64,000 nucleotides of DNA from contig JAKCCH010000001.1 in NCBI GenBank assembly GCA_021838945.1, positions 7,974 through 71,973 of the forward strand, given 5' to 3'. Shown one piece after another: positions 40,234 to 50,300 of the stretch (its first letter is position 1; every line of letters starts with the position of its first letter). The notes below the pieces were generated by a model that did no database searches, had not been told where the DNA came from, and worked only from the letters and a program-made list of their open reading frames with translations. The position numbers and the translations under genes were made by a program. The stretch comes from Actinomycetes bacterium (GTDB lineage Bacteria; Actinomycetota; Acidimicrobiia; Acidimicrobiales; Bog-793).

Positions 40234-41961
40234 TCAGCTTGGAGAGACGGGGGAGGCAAGCGCGGCGGCGATCTCACGGATCGAGGCCAGCCGAGCCGAC
40301 ACGCTCTCCCGCACGTCGGCATCGAGGTCCTGCCGCGACTCGAACGCGCTGTTCGCCTCCTCGAGCGCCGCCCGGGCGAGCGCCAACACCTGGCTTCTGC
40401 CGGCTGCGAAGGCGACGGCTTCGACCTGCTCGTCCTCTTCGCGCAGTTCTGTCGCGAGGCGCTCCGTCTCGCGAGCCGCTGCGCGAGCGAAGACGTCCAT
40501 GCCGACCATGGCGGCTGCGGGATGCCCGAGCGCGACCGCAAGGTCGATAAGCGAGCGCGGCCGGTCTGCAAGGACATAGGCGAGTGACGCGACGACCATG
40601 AGCGACCCGAGGGCGGCGCGTCGGTCCCGGGCCGAGAGATGCTGGCGGTTCGCCGCCAGCAGGATCCCGGCAGGGGCGATCCCGTAGGTCCCCTGGAACA
40701 GGTGACGGCCGAACTGGTCCCGCCGCACCGAGCAACCTCGCAGGCAGATCGCTCCCTGGAGCACGGCAAGCAGAGTGGCCGTCATCTGCGAGCTCCGCGC
40801 CGACGCCTCCTGTGCCCGCCCCAGGTTGGCGAGCCCGCCTGCGGCGAAGGCGGCGGAACACAGGAGCGCCTGCGACATCGGGAGGGCCCCGTCCGTCGTA
40901 CGGGTGGGCATGAGCGCTGCCCAGGCTCCGAAGAAGAAGGCCGGAGGTGCCGGATTGAAACGGTCGACGGTCGCAGCGGGGTCCGCCGGTACCTCGATCA
41001 CCTCGTCGTTCACGAGAAGGGAGAAGGCACGTCCGGGCCGTGTGCCAAGCGATGCCCCTCGGAGCACCTCGACCGTCATGCGGCCGCGCAGAGCTCGCTC
41101 TTCGAGCAAGTCGGCCAGCGCCCGCGCCTGATGCCCCGTGAGCAGGGTTGTCCCGTCGCCCTCTGCCACCGCGACGTCGACGTAACCGTCGAGGTCTGGG
41201 TGGTCGTTGTGTCGTTGCTGCCAGAGGCGGACCGCTGAGTCGAGGAAGACGGCGTGCTGCCGGGCCTGTTGGGCGAGGCTGTCCCGCCACCCGGCACGGA
41301 CTTTGTTCAGGGCGGAGTCGGGGTCGTCCGCCTCGAGCAGGATGGCGACGGGCTTCAGCTGATCGACGATCGTGCTGGCTCCCATCGCCACGTCGTGCTG
41401 GCCGGCGAGGAAGGCGCGGACCCGCTTCGCGGCGAGCTCCGCTTCGTGGATCTCGAGCGCACGCTGGAGACGGCGGCGCTCGCCACGGCGCACAGCCATG
41501 CCACCGATGACGGCTCCGACGTGTGGCACCCCCTGAACCGGGTCGGGGCCCTGACCGGTCACCGAGCGGGCGACGCTGGCGACGGCCCCCGCAAGCAGGG
41601 GCACGACCAGACCACGAGGCCCGTGCGCGACGCCGGCCTCGAAGTCCATCGCCACGAGCCCCGTGAGAGCAGTGGTGAGGTCCGCTTTCGCGGGCCCGGC
41701 CCAGAGGGCGATGTCGGCAAGGTCGATCGCGAGGCGCCTGGCGAGGGAGAGCCTCGATCGGCGAATCGCGCGCCACTCGAGCACGTCGAGGGTGCCGGCA
41801 GCAGCGAGGACAACCGCGCGCAACCGCATTGCGGAGTGTTTCCGGATCGCGGCCAGCTGCAGGCCGCGGGCGAGGGCCCGGTAAGCGGCATGGATCCGTG
41901 CCGAGTCGCGAGGGGCGAGAGCACCCGGCCCGGACCAGTTGGACCAAACGCTGCGTCTCAT
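40234..41961 (-). CDS. polytopic membrane protein with central degenerate histidine-kinase-like (DHp-like) segment and C-terminal coiled coil
   Basis: ATG at 41961 (MRRSVWSNW) forms an ATGA overlap with the stop of the upstream receiver gene, giving 575 aa. Hydrophobic segments sit on both sides of a soluble core of about 200 aa. That core contains AAKRVRAFLAGQHDVAMGAS, which resembles a HisKA_3 H-box; the His codon is at 41395-41397. I see no N or G boxes. The track start at 42114 is rejected. Confidence 0.6.
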   Translation of the reverse strand: MRRSVWSNWSGPGALAPRDSARIHAAYRALARGLQLAAIRKHSAMRLRAVVLAAAGTLDVLEWRAIRRSRLSLARRLAIDLADIALWAGPAKADLTTALTGLVAMDFEAGVAHGPRGLVVPLLAGAVASVARSVTGQGPDPVQGVPHVGAVIGGMAVRRGERRRLQRALEIHEAELAAKRVRAFLAGQHDVAMGASTIVDQLKPVAILLEADDPDSALNKVRAGWRDSLAQQARQHAVFLDSAVRLWQQRHNDHPDLDGYVDVAVAEGDGTTLLTGHQARALADLLEERALRGRMTVEVLRGASLGTRPGRAFSLLVNDEVIEVPADPAATVDRFNPAPPAFFFGAWAALMPTRTTDGALPMSQALLCSAAFAAGGLANLGRAQEASARSSQMTATLLAVLQGAICLRGCSVRRDQFGRHLFQGTYGIAPAGILLAANRQHLSARDRRAALGSLMVVASLAYVLADRPRSLIDLAVALGHPAAAMVGMDVFARAAARETERLATELREEDEQVEAVAFAAGRSQVLALARAALEEANSAFESRQDLDADVRESVSARLASIREIAAALASPVSPS

Positions 41962-42704
41962 TCGTGCCGCGAACGCTCGATCCGCGCCACTGCGCTCCAG
42001 AACTTCCTCAGCTGGACGATCGAAGGAGCCTCGAGGTGCATCGCCGGGTTTCCCGTCGCGTTCACCGGCCTGAGGCCATGACGCCCTGACGCGAGCAGGC
42101 GGACCCGGCTCCACCAGCGCGACCGTTCGCCGTGAGGATCTGCCTTCTTGCGTGCGCCTGCGTGCAGCACGGACTCGAGGTCCTCGGCCGCCAGCCGGTC
42201 GACTATCTCGTTCACCCGCGTCGCCGGTGTGATGCCGACGCCGGGCGGAAGGCTGCTTCCCGGCGGGCGCTGGAGCCTCCGGTGATCATCCGGGCTGACT
42301 ACGACCGAGACCAGCTCCTGCTCGGTCATGCCTTCGTCGCGGGGGTAGAAGAAGTCTGCACCCGCCTCCCACATGCGGTGTCGCAGCCCTGGATGCAGGT
42401 ACTGGCCCGTCAGCACGACAACGGTCACGGCGACCTGCAGTGAGCGGATCGACCTCACGACCGCCACGCCGGGGAACTGGTCGCCGCTCCGACGCGCGTC
42501 CGATGCGTCGACGACGGCCACGTCGACGCCTGTCCACTCCTCGCGCCACGACAGCGCCTGCGCGTGGTCGACTGCAGCGACGAGGTCGATCTCGGGGGCA
42601 CCGCGGAGCACAGCCGCCGTACCGGCGCGCATGACCGGGTCGTTGTCCACGACGACCACTCGTCGCCGCTCTTCGGGCAGACCCATCTGCACAGGACTGG
42701 TCAT
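41958..42704 (-). CDS. receiver (REC) domain protein with uncharacterised C-terminal domain
   Basis: ATG at 42704 follows aaggggg. The protein has VVVVDNDPVMR, VAVVDASD (phospho-acceptor Asp context) and VVVLTG, but GADFFYPRD sits where the conserved Lys is expected. I recognise no HTH in the C-terminal 110 aa or so. Confidence 0.65.
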   Translation of the reverse strand: MTSPVQMGLPEERRRVVVVDNDPVMRAGTAAVLRGAPEIDLVAAVDHAQALSWREEWTGVDVAVVDASDARRSGDQFPGVAVVRSIRSLQVAVTVVVLTGQYLHPGLRHRMWEAGADFFYPRDEGMTEQELVSVVVSPDDHRRLQRPPGSSLPPGVGITPATRVNEIVDRLAAEDLESVLHAGARKKADPHGERSRWWSRVRLLASGRHGLRPVNATGNPAMHLEAPSIVQLRKFWSAVARIERSRHE

Positions 42705-42939
42705 GAGCGACGCCGCCCCCTTGCCGAGGCTCAGGATAGCGCCGGATCCGACCCAGATGCTGGCGCCACGGATCACTCCACCGAGAAGAAAACCGATGCC
42801 CACCACCGTCCAACGGCAGCTCGGCCGACTCTGCTCCAAAGCCACGCTACCGACGCGGGCTCGCCGTCTTCGACGCCGATGCCTTCGACGCGCTGCGGGT
42901 CTTCGGAGCAGGACGCGTCGAGGTTCGGCGAGACGTCCG

Positions 42940-43700
42940 TCGCGCCGCGCGTCCGGCAAACAGGTAGCCCGGGACGCCCCGGTCGAACTCGAGGAATGCG
43001 ACGACGGTGTCCATTCTCTCGATCCTGGCGGCGAAACGCTCGCGATCGATAAGGCGCAGCCGAGTCGGAGGTGGCTGAGAAGCCGGGCGCAGCTCTGGTG
43101 GCAGCTCGTCGGTGGTCTCCGAGCTCAGCATCGAGTTGCCGTCCTCGACCGTCACGACGTGGCGGACCCCGAACCTCTCGTAGGTACCGGCATAGCGGGA
43201 CAGATCGAGGTCGGGAGGGCTGTCGGGTGGCTTCAGCGGCTCGGCCATGTGCACGCCGGCCAGCTCTTCGAACAACCAGCGGGCGAGGTCGCGCCACAAC
43301 GATCCTCCGCCCGTCGAGTTGGTCAGGAGGGCGATCACCAGTCCCTCGTCGGGGAGGCACTGCAGAAACGACAGCTGCCCGATCGTCCCGCCGCCGTGAC
43401 CGATCACGCGCTTGCCGTCCCACTCCTCCATCAGCCAACCGAGACCCATGCTCGCCGGGGGCGCTGTAAAGGTTGTGGCTGTCGACCTGCGTCTCTTGCA
43501 TGGCCCGGGCCGCCCCGGCCGACAGGACCGAGGTCTCGTCCGGTGCCACCCCCTCATCCAGGTGCATCGGACGTACCTCGCGAGTCCGTCGTCGTCTCCA
43601 CTCCCGTGTCGACGCTGAGGACCCCGGTCGCGAAGTCGAGGAGCTCCTCCCCCCGTTTGCCCTGTTCGGAAGGCGCGCACCCAATGAGTACCGTTCACAT
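42940..43700 (-). pseudogene. serine hydrolase (beta-lactamase-related) gene remnant, 5'-truncated and frameshifted
   Basis: The C-terminal half is readable: ...NLYSAPGEHG in one frame, then MGLGWLMEEWDGKRVIGHGGGTIGQLSFLQCLPDEGLVIALLTNS... in another, with the shift near 43445-43460. The N-terminal half that should carry the SxxK motif is missing where the ABC exporter gene starts at 43701. Confidence 0.6.
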
Positions 43701-45479
43701 GTGAGCAAACCCGGCGGACGATCCTTCGCGTCCGCGTACCGATCGCTCTGGCGTTTGCGCTCCTTCGTCCGTCCCTACAACCGCCAGATGCTGGTGATGC
43801 TGGCCTGTGCCGTCATCGCCGTGGCTGCCAGCACGCTGATCCCGCTCGTCCTCGAAGCGGTCGTGAACGGCCCCATCCACCACCACAACCGCGGCGCGCT
43901 CGTCCCGATGTTTCTCCTCGCCCTTGCTCTCGGCATGGTCGAGGCCGGGCTCATCGCCGCCCGCCGGCGGGTGCAGTCGGTTGCCATCCAGATGGTCGAG
44001 CGCGAGATCCGCAACGACCTGTACGCCCGCCTCCAGCGGTTGCCCGTCGCCTTCCACGACGAATGGCAGACCGGCCAGCTGCTCTCGCGGGCCACGACCG
44101 ACCTCGGGACGATTCGGCGCTTCCTCGGCTTCGGCGCCATCTACTTCGTCGTCGACGGCATGCAGTACGCCGTCGTGATGGCCCTTTTGTTCGCGACCTA
44201 CGTGCCGCTCGGCGCCGTGGCGCTCGTGACGACACTGCCCGTGATCTGGATGGCGAAGCGCTTCGGTGCCGGTTACTCCCACATCTCGCGGCGCGTCCAG
44301 GACCAGCAGGGCGACCTCGCCACGATCACGGAAGAAGCGGCGACCGGCATGCGTGTCGTGAAGGCCTTCGGGCGAGGGCCGCTCATGCAGGACCGCTTCG
44401 GAGTCTCGGCGCGAACCCTGCGGTCTTCGTCTCTCGAGCTCGTGAGGCTGCGCGCTCGTTTCTGGGGGTGGCTCACGCTCGTCCCGAACATCACCATGGC
44501 GGCGGCCGTCCTCGTCGGCGGGATCGCAGTGGCACAGGGCTCGCTCAGCGTCGGAGCGCTCGTCGCCTTCACGACGCTTCTCGTGCTCCTGCAATTCCCG
44601 ATCATCGACCTCGGTTGGATCCTGTCGATGGCGCAGCAGGCCGCCACGGCCGCGGACCGCGTCTGCGAGATCTTCGACGCCACCATGTCCATCGACGACC
44701 GTCCGGGCGCTCTGACGCTCGGCCAGTCGACCGGCCGCCTCGCCTTCGAGCACGTGGGCTTCACCTTCCCTGGGAGTGACCGCGCCGTGTTGCGCGACGT
44801 CAACCTGACGATCGAACCCGGTGAGACGGTGGCGATCGTCGGCCTCACCGGCTCGGGCAAGAGCTCGCTCGCCGCCCTGCCGGCCCGCCTCTACGACGTC
44901 ACCTCCGGCCGGATCACGCTCGACGACATCGACATCCGCGACCTCACTATCGAGTCGCTCCGCCGGCACGTCGCAGTCGTCTTCGAGGATCCGACCCTCT
45001 TCTCGATGAGCGTGCGGGAGAACATCGTCCTCGGGCGCCCGGACGCGACGGGCGACGAGATCGCGGAGGCGCTCGACATCGCGCAGGCGGGGTTCGCCTA
45101 CGACCTGCCGTGGGGCCTCGACACGCGCGTGGGCGAGCAGGGCCTCGCCCTCTCGGGCGGCCAGCGCCAGCGCCTTGCACTCGCCCGGGCTGTGATCTCC
45201 CGACCCTCCGTGCTCGTCCTCGACGACCCGCTCTCCGCCCTCGACGTCAACACCGAGGCGCTCATCGAGGAAGCGCTCGGGCGCGTCCTTCAGAAGACGA
45301 CCGGTCTCATCGTCGTCCACCGTCCCTCAACGGTCGCCCTCGCCGACCGTGTCGCGCTCCTCCAGGACGGCGTCCTCGTCGCCGTCGGCACCCATCACGA
45401 GCTGATGGAGCTGCCGGCGTACGCGTCAGTGCTGTCGGTCGACTTCACCTCGCCGCCCGAGCCGTCGAGGACACCATGA
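43701..45479 (+). CDS. ABC exporter, fused permease-ATPase (heterodimer subunit A)
   Basis: GTG at 43701 gives 592 aa. A six-TM domain is followed by Walker A GLTGSGKSS, the signature [14 protein letters not shown] and Walker B LVLDDPLSALD. Confidence 0.85.
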   Translation: MSKPGGRSFASAYRSLWRLRSFVRPYNRQMLVMLACAVIAVAASTLIPLVLEAVVNGPIHHHNRGALVPMFLLALALGMVEAGLIAARRRVQSVAIQMVEREIRNDLYARLQRLPVAFHDEWQTGQLLSRATTDLGTIRRFLGFGAIYFVVDGMQYAVVMALLFATYVPLGAVALVTTLPVIWMAKRFGAGYSHISRRVQDQQGDLATITEEAATGMRVVKAFGRGPLMQDRFGVSARTLRSSSLELVRLRARFWGWLTLVPNITMAAAVLVGGIAVAQGSLSVGALVAFTTLLVLLQFPIIDLGWILSMAQQAATAADRVCEIFDATMSIDDRPGALTLGQSTGRLAFEHVGFTFPGSDRAVLRDVNLTIEPGETVAIVGLTGSGKSSLAALPARLYDVTSGRITLDDIDIRDLTIESLRRHVAVVFEDPTLFSMSVRENIVLGRPDATGDEIAEALDIAQAGFAYDLPWGLDTRVGEQGLALSGGQRQRLALARAVISRPSVLVLDDPLSALDVNTEALIEEALGRVLQKTTGLIVVHRPSTVALADRVALLQDGVLVAVGTHHELMELPAYASVLSVDFTSPPEPSRTP

Positions 45480-47308
45480 GCTCGACCTCGACGCAAGCGT
45501 GGCGCGGGATCGCGGCCGAGGAGGTCGAGGAGGTCCCCTCCGACTGGACCGGCCTGCTCCGGAGGCGCACCCGACGGCTCATCGGCTCCGTCGCCCGGCC
45601 TCACAAGCGCGCCATCGTCCTCATCACGATCGCCATCGTCGTCTCCAACCTGGCGGCAACCGCCATCCCCTACCTCGTCGGGCTCGGCATCGACCGTGGC
45701 ATCGCCGGAGCCCGCCATCACGACTACGTGCCGATCGCCGTCATCACGGGTCTCATCGCGATCTGCGCCCTCTTGCAGGCACTGCTCTACCGCGTGTTCG
45801 TCTCGGGCTCGGGTCGGGTCGGACAGGAGATCATCCTCCAGCTGCGCGAGCGGGTCTTCGCCCACTTCCAGCGCCTCAGCCTCGCGTTCCACGAGCACTA
45901 CACGACCGGCCGCATGATCGCGAGGCTCACCTCGGACTTCGAGTCGATCAACGACATGTTCAACCTCGGCCTCGACACGCTCGTGAACAGCGTGCTCTCG
46001 GTCGTCGGGGTCGGGACCATCCTGCTCGTGCTCGACCTGCCCCTCGGCCTGGTCTGCCTCTCGGGCTTCGTCCCCCTCTACTTCCTCTCTCGCTGGTACC
46101 AGCGCGAGTCGACGAAGGCGTACCGCGTGACGCGCAACGCCATGGCGCAGGTCATCGTGCAGTTCACCGAGTCGCTCCGCGGGATCCGGGCCGTGCACGC
46201 CTTCAGGCGCGCGCCACGCAACGACGAGATCTTCGGTGAGCTCTCCGAGGGCTACCGGGCGGCGATGAGCCGGTCGTTCCAGCTGCTCGGCATCTACTGG
46301 CCGGGGATCGTGCTCGTCGGGAACATCACGACGGCAGCCGTGCTGCTGTACGGAGGCTGGCGGGTGATCGGCGGCGAGATGGAAGTGGGTGTGCTGACGT
46401 CGTTCGTGTTGTATCTGCGGCGTTTCTTCGAGCCCTTGGCCGAGGTGAGCCAGTTCTACGACTCGTTTCAGGCAGCCGCCGCCGGGTTCGAGAAGCTGGC
46501 CGGAGTCCTCGACGAAGATCCCGGGGTCCCCATGCCCGCCCACGGTGCCCCGCTGCCTGCGGGCGGCCTGAAGGGCGCCGTCACCTTCTCGAACGTTCGC
46601 TTCGCATACCGCGAAGGCGCCAACGTGCTCGCGGGCTTCGACCTCGACATCCCGGCGGGCCAGACCGTCGCGCTCGTCGGGGAGACGGGAGCGGGCAAGA
46701 GCACCGTGGCGCGGCTGCTCGCCCGTTTCTACGATCCGACCGAGGGCAAGGTGACGATAGACGGCATCCCGCTCGAGGCCCTCGACCAGCACAGCCTCCG
46801 GCGTGCCGTCGCAATGGTCACCCAGGAGAGCTTCATCTTCTCCGGCACGATCGCCGACAACATCGCCTTCGGATCGCCTGACGCGAGCGAGGAGCAGATC
46901 ATCTCGGCTGCGCGAGCTGTCGGCGTCGACTCGTTCGTGCACACCCTCGGCGACGGCTACGAGAGCGACGTGGGCAAGTCCGGGTCACGGCTCTCGGCGG
47001 GCCAGCGCCAGCTCGTCGCGCTGGCTCGGGCGTTCCTCGCGGACCCGGCCGTGCTCATCCTCGACGAGGCGAGCTCGTCGCTCGACGCGCCGATGGAGCG
47101 CCTCGTGCAGTCGGCCCTCCGAACCGTGCTCGCCGACCGGACGGCCGTCATCATCGCCCACCGGCTCTCGACGGTCGAGATCGCCGACCGCGTCCTCGTC
47201 CTCGATTCCGGCCACATCGTGGAGGACGGGCCGCCCGGGCGCCTGCTCGCCGAGGGGCGTGGCCACTACGCCTCGCTCCATGCCGCCTGGCGCGACAGCC
47301 TCGTGTGA
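45476..47308 (+). CDS. ABC exporter, fused permease-ATPase (heterodimer subunit B)
   Basis: ATG at 45476 overlaps the upstream stop as ATGA, giving 610 aa. It carries Walker A GETGAGKST, the signature LSAGQRQLVALARA and Walker B LILDEASSSLD. The track start at 45110 is rejected. Confidence 0.85.
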   Translation: MSSTSTQAWRGIAAEEVEEVPSDWTGLLRRRTRRLIGSVARPHKRAIVLITIAIVVSNLAATAIPYLVGLGIDRGIAGARHHDYVPIAVITGLIAICALLQALLYRVFVSGSGRVGQEIILQLRERVFAHFQRLSLAFHEHYTTGRMIARLTSDFESINDMFNLGLDTLVNSVLSVVGVGTILLVLDLPLGLVCLSGFVPLYFLSRWYQRESTKAYRVTRNAMAQVIVQFTESLRGIRAVHAFRRAPRNDEIFGELSEGYRAAMSRSFQLLGIYWPGIVLVGNITTAAVLLYGGWRVIGGEMEVGVLTSFVLYLRRFFEPLAEVSQFYDSFQAAAAGFEKLAGVLDEDPGVPMPAHGAPLPAGGLKGAVTFSNVRFAYREGANVLAGFDLDIPAGQTVALVGETGAGKSTVARLLARFYDPTEGKVTIDGIPLEALDQHSLRRAVAMVTQESFIFSGTIADNIAFGSPDASEEQIISAARAVGVDSFVHTLGDGYESDVGKSGSRLSAGQRQLVALARAFLADPAVLILDEASSSLDAPMERLVQSALRTVLADRTAVIIAHRLSTVEIADRVLVLDSGHIVEDGPPGRLLAEGRGHYASLHAAWRDSLV

Positions 47309-47309
47309 G

Positions 47310-50300
47310 TTACGCGGGCGTCACGCTCGCGGGCACGGATTCGGCACCGAGCCGCCCCAAGCGCTCGAGCCAGGGCGCTGCGCGGAGCCCGGCGAACGTC
47401 TCGGACGCGGCGGCGCGCAGTGGTTCCGCGTCATCGGAACGGCCGGAGACAAATAGCCACTCGGCATGCTCCAACTGGACGACGGCGAGGTCGAAGGCGA
47501 AGCCGAGACGCCGGAGGATCTCCTCTGCTGCCTCGAAGCCGGGCTCGACGGCGTCGTTCTCATCCCTCGCGGCCGCGAGACGGGCGGACAGACGAGCAGT
47601 CTGGGCTCGGAGCCAGGGTGTGACCTCGCCAGGCCGGGCGGCCTGCACGACGGCGAGGAGCTCGTCAACTCGTTCGGCGTCTCCGAGCTCGAGAGCGATG
47701 TCCGCGGCCAGGACGAGTCCACCCTTCACTCTCGTGTTCGTCAATCCGAGCACCTGCAAGGCCCCGAAGGCCTCCATGGCAGAGGCAAGCGCGGTCTCGA
47801 GCTCGCCTCGTGCTCGCCAGAGGACGGCAAGGATGCCCGCACGTGCAGTCCGGTACTCGGCCGCCTCAGCCACGTTCACGCCACCGGCCGCCTCGACGAG
47901 CTCGCCGGCCGCGTCGAGATGGCCCCGGTGGACGTGCACGATGACGCCGTCGAGAACGCTGTTCGCGATGCTGCGGAGGGTGGTGAACTCGTCGGCAGAC
48001 ATCGCCTCGTCGGCCCAGGCGAGCGCCTGATCCCAGCGGCCGAGGCAGACGAGGTTGCCGACCGCGCCCGCGAGGCAGTTGATCTCCCAGAAACGGTCGC
48101 CGACGCGGTGGGCAAGGTCGCGCTGGCGTTCGACGAGCTCGAAGGTGTCTGCGCATCTGTCCCTCGTCTCGAGCGCGACGCCGAGGTTGTTGTAGGCACG
48201 CAGCGCCGCCCCGCTCAAGTCGTGCTCGATGGCCACCTCGAGCGCACGCCGGAGCAGCACTCCCGCCTCGTCCAGCCGGTTGCGCCGGAGCAGGAAGACC
48301 GCCTTCGAGTTGAGCGCCTGGGAGTAGACCTCGGGCAGCTCCAGCAGCTCGCCCAGCTCGAGCGCGTGCTCAAGGTGGGGGGCCGCCTCCTCCGCCCGGT
48401 CGGCGAGCGCGAGCATCCGTCCGAGCTGAGCGGACACTGTGGCAACGTCGGGATCTGGCTCGTCGCTTCCCATCATCTCGGCCGCGCGAAGCATCCGGCC
48501 GACTGCCCGGTCGAGCTGGCCGATCTGGTACTCGACCCCTGCGCTGCGAGCCTCGCAACGGGCCGCCTGATGTGTCTGCCCTGCCTCCTCGAACAGCCTC
48601 ACCGCCTGTCCGTACCGCTCGAGCGCATCCTCGACCCTGCCTCGGAGCTCAGCCATCTGCCCGGCCCGCTCGGTCAGCTCGGCCCGCTCGAGCACCGAGT
48701 CAGACAGGGGAGCAGCCTTGTCGAAGTACCCCTCGGCCTCCTCGCCTGCTGCGAGCGAGGCTGCCCGCTCTCCGGCCCGCACGAGCATGCCGCGGGCGCG
48801 GTCCCGGATCCGGGGGGCGTCGTCGGCGCCTTCGTCGAGCAGGTAGGCGGACAGCAGGTGCGACGCCACGACCTCGATGATCTCCTCCTCGTCCTGCCCC
48901 CAGGCCCGCTCGAGGTACTCGGCTGCATCGAGATGCTTCCTACGCCGGTCGTGGCGGGAGAGCGTCTCGTAGGCGACGGTGCGCATGAGGTCCTGGACGA
49001 AGGCGAACTGGCCACGCTCGGGCGAGCGCGGGTCGAGCTGGATCGAGAAGACCTCCTTCCCCACGAGCGAGGACAACAACGTCTCGAGCACCTCGTCCTC
49101 CCCGCCCGTCAGTGCCACGAGCGCCTGGCGGGTGAAGCTCTTGCCGATCACGGCCGCGTCCTGCACGAGGAGGCGCTCGGCGAGGGGCATCTGGTCGAGG
49201 CGTGAGGCGACGAGCGCGTGGAGGGTCTCGGGCACCTCGAGGGCGGAGATCTCGCCGACCGGCTGGTACACCGGTCCCTCCCGCACGAGGAGACCCTTGT
49301 CGAGGAGCATGCGCACCGTCTCGACGAGGTAGAGCGGCACGCCCTCCGATCGATCGAGGATCTTCGTGCGCAGCTCCGCTGGAAGGCCGGGCACGAACCC
49401 GTCGAGCAGCGCTCCCATCGAGTCGGGGTCGAGGGGCTCGAGGTAGATGGAGGTCACGTTCCTCCGCCGGGTCTCGGTCGTCTCGGTCTCCGGGCGTGCG
49501 AGGGTCATCACGAAGAGCGGGTGGCTGCGGGAGAAGTCGAGCAGGTGGTCGATGAACTCGACAAGCGAGGGGTCGGCCCACTGCATGTCCTCGAAGACCA
49601 TGACGACGGGGTAGCTCTTGGCCAGGCGCTCGAAGAAGAGGCGCCAGGCGGAGAAGAGCTCGGTCTTGTCGGTCGAGGTCCGGTCCTCGAGCCCGATGAG
49701 CTGGGCGAGACGCGGCTCGACGAAACGCCGCTCCTCCTCGTCCTCGACGTGCTCGACGACCGTCTCGTGCAGCTTGCCGAGGGCTGACGCCCGCTCCTCG
49801 CCCTCGAGGATGCCGGCCCGGCCACGCACCATCTCGGCAAGTGCCCAGTACGTGACGCCCTCGCCGTAGGAGAGGCAGCGCCCCCGGTGCCACCAGGAGA
49901 TGGCACTCAGCCCGTCGATGTACTTGAAAAGCTCCCAGCTGAGGCGGGACTTGCCGATGCCTGCGATACCCGAGACCTGGATGAGGTGGGCCTTTCGGTC
50001 CTCGGCCGTGGCATGGAAGAGGTCCTTCACGAAGCGGAGCTCCCGGTCCCGCCCGACAAAGGGGGGCTCGAGGCCGGTCGACTTCATGAGTCCGCCGACG
50101 CCGGCGACGACCCGGACCGCCTCGAAGAGTTGGACCGGTTCCTCCTTCCCCTTCAGGGTATGGGTGCCGGCGTCCTTGTAGGAGATCGCAGCCTCCGTCA
50201 TCCGGCGTGTGGCGTCCGACACGAGGACCGTGCCCGGCGCGGCGGCCGACTGGATGCGAGACGCGGTGTTGACGAGGTCGCCGGCCACCATGCCCTGTCC

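Noticed and set aside
42705-42959. Possible N-terminal TM-containing extension of the REC-domain protein, using the start at 42959.
   Set aside because: The first 45 codons are poly-Arg junk. The ATG at 42704 has an aaggggg RBS. A GTG start giving a short TM anchor (VVGIGFLLGG...) cannot be fully excluded.
45110-45475. 122-codon N-terminal extension of the second ABC exporter ORF. Similar track extensions occur for 43473-43700, 59134-59397, 61611-61688 and 59127-59438.
   Set aside because: The extensions overlap upstream genes or are low-complexity Arg/Pro sequence. Internal starts with ATGA or GTGA overlaps or with RBSs give canonical protein lengths.
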